From the NCBI GenBank assembly GCA_903830945.1, contig CAIKVT010000026.1:19823-83822 (forward strand): a stretch of DNA of 64,000 nucleotides, written 5' to 3'. A program made the position numbers and the translations under genes. This DNA is from an uncultured Elusimicrobia bacterium. Lineage in GTDB: Bacteria > Elusimicrobiota > Elusimicrobia > UBA1565 > UBA9628. This document shows positions 62,051-64,000 of the stretch, piece by piece. Every line of letters begins with the position of its first letter. The stretch's first letter is position 1. Under the pieces are notes generated by a model. That model was given only the letters and a program-made list of their open reading frames with translations. It made no database searches and was not told the origin of the DNA.

Positions 62051-64000
62051 ATGAGCTCGTTTTTCATCACCTTAATCCTCCTCCTCTGGCATGGACCGAC
62101 GCTCTGGGCCGCTGCTCCGGATTTCGAGGCCCCGCCCCACCAACACCAAGACGCGCCGTCCCCGGCTTCCACGACAACGCTCCCCAACCCCCGATCCCCG
62201 GACACCCCAGCCCGTGACTTCCTCCGCCAGCTAAGGCAAGGCCACGCCGCCTATGCCCGAGGAGAATACGCCCCAGCCATCGCGCGCTACGAGGCAGCCA
62301 TCCGCCTCAGCTCCACCAGCGTCCTCCCCTGGCTCAACGGCGCGGCCGTCTGGGACGAGGCCGGCCAGCCGCGCCAGGCGGCACTCTGGTACGGCCGTGC
62401 GGTCCGGCTCGACGCCCTGGACGACGAGGCGCTCTGCGCGCTCGGCTGGGCCCAACTGCGCTCCCATGACACCGCCGAAGCCGCGGCGAGCTTGCGCCGC
62501 GTCCTACAGCACGACCCCGACCATGCCTGGGCGAAATTAGGCCTCGCCCGAGCGGAACTCGCCGCAGCCAAACCCCGGCCAGCCGTGACTTTGCTGACCC
62601 GCGCCGCGGCAGCCGGCCCGACCTCCAACCTCGACGCACTCTTCCTCGGCCGCGCCTACGAGGCGCTCGAAGACCGCGCCAACGCCATCGAGGCTTACCG
62701 CCAGGGCGTGGGCTCCGATTCCTATTTCCTGGAGGCGCGGCAGGCCCTGGGCCGCCTCTACCTTCGCGCCCGCCGGTTCAGCGAGGCCTTCCGGCAGTTC
62801 GCCAAGGTTCTCGAAGCCGATCCCCACAATCCGGAGTTCGCCGCGCTCCTGGCCAAAGTTCAGCCGCTGCTCTCACCGGCCTCCTCCCCGCTGGGCAGCG
62901 TTCGCAGCCCCGTCACCGCAGTCGCTCCGTCTGCGGCATCTCTGAAAGGAGTCCCTGTGCTGCGCATCGGCATCGGCACCACCCCCCTAGGCCGGCCCCG
63001 TGCCCGCCGCTCCGTGGCCTTTTCCGCCACGACGGATTTCATCATCAGCGACGCCAAGACCGGTAAAAGTCTCGCGTCCGTCCGGGCTGACGAGTTCTGG
63101 GTGGCCCGGCTCACGAAGGGACGACGACGCCTGGCGCTGGAGCTCACCGACGGTTCCGGCCGCGTCCGACTCGTCCGGCGCGAGCCATTCCTCATCACGC
63201 CCCAGCCCCGCGACCAGGGCTTAGTCGCGCTCAACCTCAACGGCTCCGGCCAGGCGGCGGCCGCGACCGCCGAGAAGCTCCTGCGCGGCGAAGTGGAGAT
63301 CGCGGTCTGGCGGCGGACCCTGCGCGTGGTCAATCGGATCGACCTGGAGAGCTACACCCACGGCGTGGTCTCCGCGGAGATGCCAATCCGCTCGCCGCTG
63401 GAGGCGCTCAAGGCCCAAGCCGTGACGGCTCGGACGCATGCCCTGTTCATCAAGACGGTCACGCACCGCCACCGCAAGGACGGCTACGACGTCTGCGACG
63501 AGCAGCATTGCCAGGTCTATGCCGGTGCCCGCGCCGAGAGCGAGCGCTCCCGAGCCGTGGTCGAAGCCACCCGCGGCATCATCGTCACCTATCGGGGCCG
63601 CCCGGCCCACGTCATTTATTCCTCAAACTGCGGCGGCCGCACCCAGGACGGCCGCGACCTGACCGGGTGGGGGGACGTCCCTTACTGGACTGGGATATCA
63701 GACAGCCCCGTCCCGGAAGCAGCCCCGGACTCACCCTGGGGCCTGCGCCGATGGCTGACCTCCTCGCCCCTGGCCTACTGCAAAGCATCCAACTTCGTGC
63801 ACCCCTCGCACTTCCGCTGGACCCGCCTCGTGGCTTGGGCCGAGCTCTCCCGCCGCATCGACCTCCGCTACCACACGGGCCGCCTCAAGCGCATCCGCAC
63901 CCTGCGCCGGGCTCCATCCGGGAACATCAACGCCCTGCTCCTGGAGGGGACGCGCCGCCGGGTCAAGATGGACTCTGAAATGGCCATCCGCGGCCTTCCT
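62051..64000 (+). CDS. Secreted TPR-repeat protein with C-terminal SpoIID/LytB domain (partial; runs off the window end)
   Basis: Hand translation gives one open frame from ATG 62051 to the window end: signal peptide, several TPR-like repeats, then the SpoIID/LytB signature (DLESYTHGVVSAEMP...LEALKAQAVTARTHAL...GYDVCDEQHCQVYAG...SSNCGGRTQDG). Absent from the ORF track because it is edge-truncated. Confidence 0.75.
   Translation, partial: MSSFFITLILLLWHGPTLWAAAPDFEAPPHQHQDAPSPASTTTLPNPRSPDTPARDFLRQLRQGHAAYARGEYAPAIARYEAAIRLSSTSVLPWLNGAAVWDEAGQPRQAALWYGRAVRLDALDDEALCALGWAQLRSHDTAEAAASLRRVLQHDPDHAWAKLGLARAELAAAKPRPAVTLLTRAAAAGPTSNLDALFLGRAYEALEDRANAIEAYRQGVGSDSYFLEARQALGRLYLRARRFSEAFRQFAKVLEADPHNPEFAALLAKVQPLLSPASSPLGSVRSPVTAVAPSAASLKGVPVLRIGIGTTPLGRPRARRSVAFSATTDFIISDAKTGKSLASVRADEFWVARLTKGRRRLALELTDGSGRVRLVRREPFLITPQPRDQGLVALNLNGSGQAAAATAEKLLRGEVEIAVWRRTLRVVNRIDLESYTHGVVSAEMPIRSPLEALKAQAVTARTHALFIKTVTHRHRKDGYDVCDEQHCQVYAGARAESERSRAVVEATRGIIVTYRGRPAHVIYSSNCGGRTQDGRDLTGWGDVPYWTGISDSPVPEAAPDSPWGLRRWLTSSPLAYCKASNFVHPSHFRWTRLVAWAELSRRIDLRYHTGRLKRIRTLRRAPSGNINALLLEGTRRRVKMDSEMAIRGLP

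Noticed and set aside
1-64000. CRISPR arrays, IS elements, integrases, rRNA or other large ncRNA genes
   Set aside because: No short regularly spaced direct repeats, terminal inverted repeats, transposase or integrase motifs were seen, and no non-coding gap exceeds ~135 nt. No direct repeats of the tRNA 3' ends were found at the edges of the two low-GC islets.

Overview
This window is a high-GC (about 65% by eye) bacterial chromosomal segment carrying about 60 protein genes and 2 tRNAs, and almost all of the sequence is coding. There are no CRISPR arrays, IS elements or rRNA genes. The content runs, in order, as follows. (1) A partial membrane-anchored c-type cytochrome. (2) An ABC-2 exporter operon of GldA/GldF/GldG type followed by a DUF4340 gene. 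(3) A GT9 heptosyltransferase divergent from a 1073-aa multi-sensor hybrid histidine kinase (PAS-GAF-PAS-GAF-HisKA-HATPase-REC). (4) A low-GC islet at tRNA-His holding three small genes. (5) A TPR protein, an aminotransferase, a GT39/PMT-like glycosyltransferase and a ManC-like nucleotidyltransferase. (6) A phosphate module: OmpR-type regulator, short sensor kinase, two tandem PiT transporters and a CYTH protein, with a Pho-box-like direct repeat upstream of both operons. (7) upp-pdp-punA running divergently from a split transketolase. (8) A GlgE-pathway alpha-glucan cluster (GlgM-like GT4, TreZ-like GH13, GlgE), an orphan PhnD-like lipoprotein and a convergent atypical GT5 glycogen synthase. 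(9) A conserved translation block: yraN, rnhB, rplS, trmD, a KH-domain gene, rpsP, rpe, a kinase-less PASTA protein, fmt and def. (10) PtsN-like EIIA, hemD and an IMPase. (11) Two PorV-like outer-membrane beta-barrel paralogs; one of them lies immediately downstream of a 1616-aa secreted protein (Laminin-G and FN3 repeats) that ends in a type-IX-secretion C-terminal sorting domain. (12) A PPTase, an acyl-CoA carboxyltransferase, a convergent regulator/kinase pair whose kinase sits in an operon with DUF192 and a GH-like TIM-barrel gene, fadD and a CCA-adding enzyme. (13) An epimerase, tRNA-Gly with a second low-GC islet, and a partial TPR-SpoIID/LytB protein at the window edge. The most interesting candidates are the T9SS-type cargo/PorV-like pair (together with the Gld-like ABC operon), the putative Pho regulon architecture and the tRNA-His islet. 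Many long ORFs in the six-frame track are high-GC shadow ORFs and were rejected. All family assignments rest on motif recognition by eye; no searches were run.
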